A stretch of 64,000 nt of DNA from Zancudomyces culisetae HAW-14-8 (taxonomy: Eukaryota; Fungi; Kickxellomycota), in assembly GCA_052426225.1 (NCBI GenBank), contig JBNJNM010000012.1, positions 1,984,001 to 2,048,000 of the forward strand, in the 5' to 3' direction. Shown here piece after piece: positions 61,314 through 64,000 of the stretch (position 1 is the stretch's first letter; each line of letters opens with the position of its first letter). The notes beneath the pieces were generated by a model. That model did no database searches. It was not told where the DNA came from and saw only the letters and a list, made by a program, of their open reading frames with translations. A program made the position numbers and the translations under genes.

Positions 61314-63692
61314 CTAGTGTCTACTGAATCGCTGGTTGTTTGATCTTGAGTAGCCGTTTCGGTCACCACCTCTGCCTCCATTTCTATCGCCACCTCTACC
61401 GCCATTTCTATATCCGTTTCCATTGCCATTTCTGTATCCATTTCCATTTCGGCCCTCGCCACCACCGCCACCACCACCATTACGGAATGAATAATTGTTG
61501 CTGTTAAAGCCATATCTGGGGTTAGAGCCATTTGAACGTCTGTTGTTCTGCTCAGGTTCTAGTTCAGGAAGTTCAGTGCATTTGGACAAAGACATGGTTG
61601 GAGTGTTACGCCACAATTTGTTACAAATGTAAACTGAACCTTGACCACTTGCAATTACATCTCCATTATCATCGCCATACTCATTTTCATTGTCATTATC
61701 ACCTTCGTTAGATTCTTCAAAGCGTACCAAATCAGAACGTATATCAAACAAAATGGTTGAGTGATCAGGTGTGATGCGGAAATTGTTTGTATCCTCAAAT
61801 TTGAGTGCGTTAAAGTTTCTTTCCAACACGGATTTAGCAAATTTGGGGAATCTAGCAGGTTCCTTAAGTGTCATAACCAAAGTAGTTAATGAATCAGATC
61901 CAGTAAGCAAAGAGCGTTCTTTGAGGCCTGCAGAATAGCCGGAAATAGTAGCCAATGAAGCGGCAAGTGCACTCAATACATTTCCACCAAAGTGCGAGTC
62001 GGCCAATGTCTGTGCACACTCGCTGAATAGAGAGACAACTTGTTTGTTGCATTTTGATACAGTTTCGGCTGCTGAGTTTCCTGCAGCAACAGCAATACTG
62101 TCGACTTGTGGAGGAGAAATCAGCTCACACTCTATTCCACAGAAGCGCTTAATCATATCCAACCAGTTTCCTTTTTGGGGTGTAAACAGTGTAATACACA
62201 TTCCGCTTCTGCCAGCTCGGCCAGTTCTTCCTGATCGATGGATATATGTCTCGGCATCTCGTGGTGGTTCAGAGTTGATTACCAAATCAACCTCTGGAAT
62301 GTCAAGTCCACGTGCAGCAACATCCGTGCATACCAAGAACCTGATGTCTGCCTGTCGGAACTGAGTCAGAGTCTGTTCTCTCAGCGCCTGTGTAATATCA
62401 CCGTGGAGTGGCAATGCGTTTCCTTTGAGTTTTGGATGCGCAACCAGATTGTTGACCTCCACCTTTGTCTCTGCAAAAATAATTGCTCGGCCGTTCATTC
62501 CATATACGGAAAGCAAGTCTGAAACAATATCATGATGTGCTGCCCACGAACACTGAATTGCCATGTGTTTGATCAACTCACTGGTCTTCAGTTTTTCCTT
62601 GCCTATCAAATCTATCTTCACATAGTTCTTCATGAACTCTCCGACTACTTTGTGAACCCATTCGGGGACTGTTGCTGAAAACAACAATACCTGGTATTTC
62701 CCTGTACGAGCTTCCCGTAGACTTTTCAACATTGCCTCCATGTCATCTTTAAATCCAATATCCAACATTTGATCGGCCTCATCCAAACACATAAACTCGA
62801 CCTCCTTCAGGTTCAATCTACCTCTGTTAAGATGATCAAGAAGTCTTCCTGGGGTTCCTACAACTATATCCACTCCGCTTCTCAATCCTTGAACTTGCTG
62901 GTCAATTGATGTTCCTCCATATATACACATCACTTTTAGTTTGTTGGTAATCGACTCAATCTCGCTGGCTACCTGCTTGGCGAGCTCTCTTGTTGGTGCC
63001 ATAATGATTGCTCTTGGTGGTCTGCCCCATTGTTGCTGTTGTCTCTGTCTTCCTCCACGGTTATATCCATTGTCATGTTTTTCTTCCTCATTGCTGCCAC
63101 TGCTTCCTAGCAGCTTTTGAATGATTGGCAATCCAAAACCAAGAGTCTTTCCTGTTCCTGTACGTGCCCTAGCAAGCACATCCTTGCCCTCCATAATTGG
63201 TGCAAGAACTGCTCTCTGGATTGGAAACAATATCTTGATTCCCTTGTTTTTCAACCCCTCTGTAATATCAGTTCTTAAACCATAGTTATCTACAGAATAT
63301 TCATCACTCTCTCCTTCTTCCTCTCCTTCATTGAGAATAATGTGTTCAATTGGTCCTATCTCTTCTTCTCCTATGTCCTCAGTCTCTTCAGTATTGCTAT
63401 CATCACTACTGTCGCTTTCCTCATCCACTTTTTGTCTTTTACTCTCTCTTTCTCCATTTTCACTACGCTTCTCACTCTTTGTCTTTTTTTCATCATCCGA
63501 GCTATCACTTTCACTGGATTGTTCACCAGATTTACGCTTCTTTCCATTCACTTTATCCTGCTTCTCTTTTGCTCTGTCTTTCTCTTTGCTTTCTTTATCA
63601 TGCTTGCTGCTCTTCTTGATCTTCTTGTCTGAGTCCTTCTTTTGTCTCTTTTCCTGGGTGGCTTTGCTCTTCTTTTCTGTTAGTTCTACCAT
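61314..63692 (-). CDS. DDX21: Nucleolar DEAD-box RNA helicase DDX21/DDX50-like (GUCT domain, RGG tail)
   Basis: 'ARTGTGKT', 'PTRELA', 'LDEADQML', 'SAT', 'LHGDI', 'TDVAARGLDIPEVDL', 'YIHRSGRTGRAG', 'RSLLTG'; start placed at ATG 63692. Confidence 0.9.
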   Translation of the reverse strand: MVELTEKKSKATQEKRQKKDSDKKIKKSSKHDKESKEKDRAKEKQDKVNGKKRKSGEQSSESDSSDDEKKTKSEKRSENGERESKRQKVDEESDSSDDSNTEETEDIGEEEIGPIEHIILNEGEEEGESDEYSVDNYGLRTDITEGLKNKGIKILFPIQRAVLAPIMEGKDVLARARTGTGKTLGFGLPIIQKLLGSSGSNEEEKHDNGYNRGGRQRQQQQWGRPPRAIIMAPTRELAKQVASEIESITNKLKVMCIYGGTSIDQQVQGLRSGVDIVVGTPGRLLDHLNRGRLNLKEVEFMCLDEADQMLDIGFKDDMEAMLKSLREARTGKYQVLLFSATVPEWVHKVVGEFMKNYVKIDLIGKEKLKTSELIKHMAIQCSWAAHHDIVSDLLSVYGMNGRAIIFAETKVEVNNLVAHPKLKGNALPLHGDITQALREQTLTQFRQADIRFLVCTDVAARGLDIPEVDLVINSEPPRDAETYIHRSGRTGRAGRSGMCITLFTPQKGNWLDMIKRFCGIECELISPPQVDSIAVAAGNSAAETVSKCNKQVVSLFSECAQTLADSHFGGNVLSALAASLATISGYSAGLKERSLLTGSDSLTTLVMTLKEPARFPKFAKSVLERNFNALKFEDTNNFRITPDHSTILFDIRSDLVRFEESNEGDNDNENEYGDDNGDVIASGQGSVYICNKLWRNTPTMSLSKCTELPELEPEQNNRRSNGSNPRYGFNSNNYSFRNGGGGGGGEGRNGNGYRNGNGNGYRNGGRGGDRNGGRGGDRNGYSRSNNQRFSRH

Positions 63693-63895
63693 TTTGTTCT
63701 TGCTTGCGCTCTTGTTTCTTGCTTTGGTTTCTGATATGAATGTATGGGTATTATTGATTAATATTTTCAAATACAAATATATAAATTCTTCTATCTACAA
63801 TATTTACAAGCTTTTCTTTTTTTCTTCCTTTTGTACTAAAGTTTTACTCAAGACATGCATATATACCTCTATTCCCAATACAAACTCTACTAAAT

Positions 63896-63972
63896 AAAAT
63901 TTTTTCACTACATTCGTTCGCTAATTACCACTGAAAATTTTTTTTTTTTTTTTTTACAGAAAAAATTTTTTA
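63896..63972. promoter_or_regulatory. RRPE-like elements (TGAAAAWTTTT) upstream of DDX21
   Basis: AAAATTTTTTCA 63896-63907, TGAAAATTTT 63932-63941, AAAAAATTTTTT ~63960. Confidence 0.55.
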
Positions 63973-64000
63973 GGTGAAAAATCACGATCTAAATCAATTA

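Overview
AT-rich eukaryotic DNA with spliceosomal introns. Gene content (MED23, WDR7, DDX21, roadblock light chain, UGO1, RIM1, GPI16) points to an early-diverging fungus; Zoopagomycota/Harpellales-like is an inference only. About 18 protein-coding genes: partial KMO/BNA4, eIF3c, a giant MED23, CWF19L1/DRN1, GPI16, a small membrane protein, UBE3D/IPA1, dynein roadblock, eIF2beta, two tandem orphan secreted paralogs, WDR7-like, mitochondrial SSB, a disordered orphan, RPA190, a giant ATG4, a C2+class 3 lipase, UGO1 and DDX21. No tRNA, rRNA, CRISPR or intact transposon was recognised. Best novelty candidate: a pair of intronless secreted alpha-helical CxC proteins (27777-29844). The first has a promoter with three perfect ATCWGATAA sites, the SreA/Fep1 iron-repression motif, suggesting an uncharacterised iron-regulated secreted system. 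Also notable: plus-strand G/C skew that flips mid-gene, massive low-complexity expansion of conserved proteins, RRPE-like motifs at ribosome biogenesis/translation genes, and a GC-AG intron. All calls are by eye; no searches were run.
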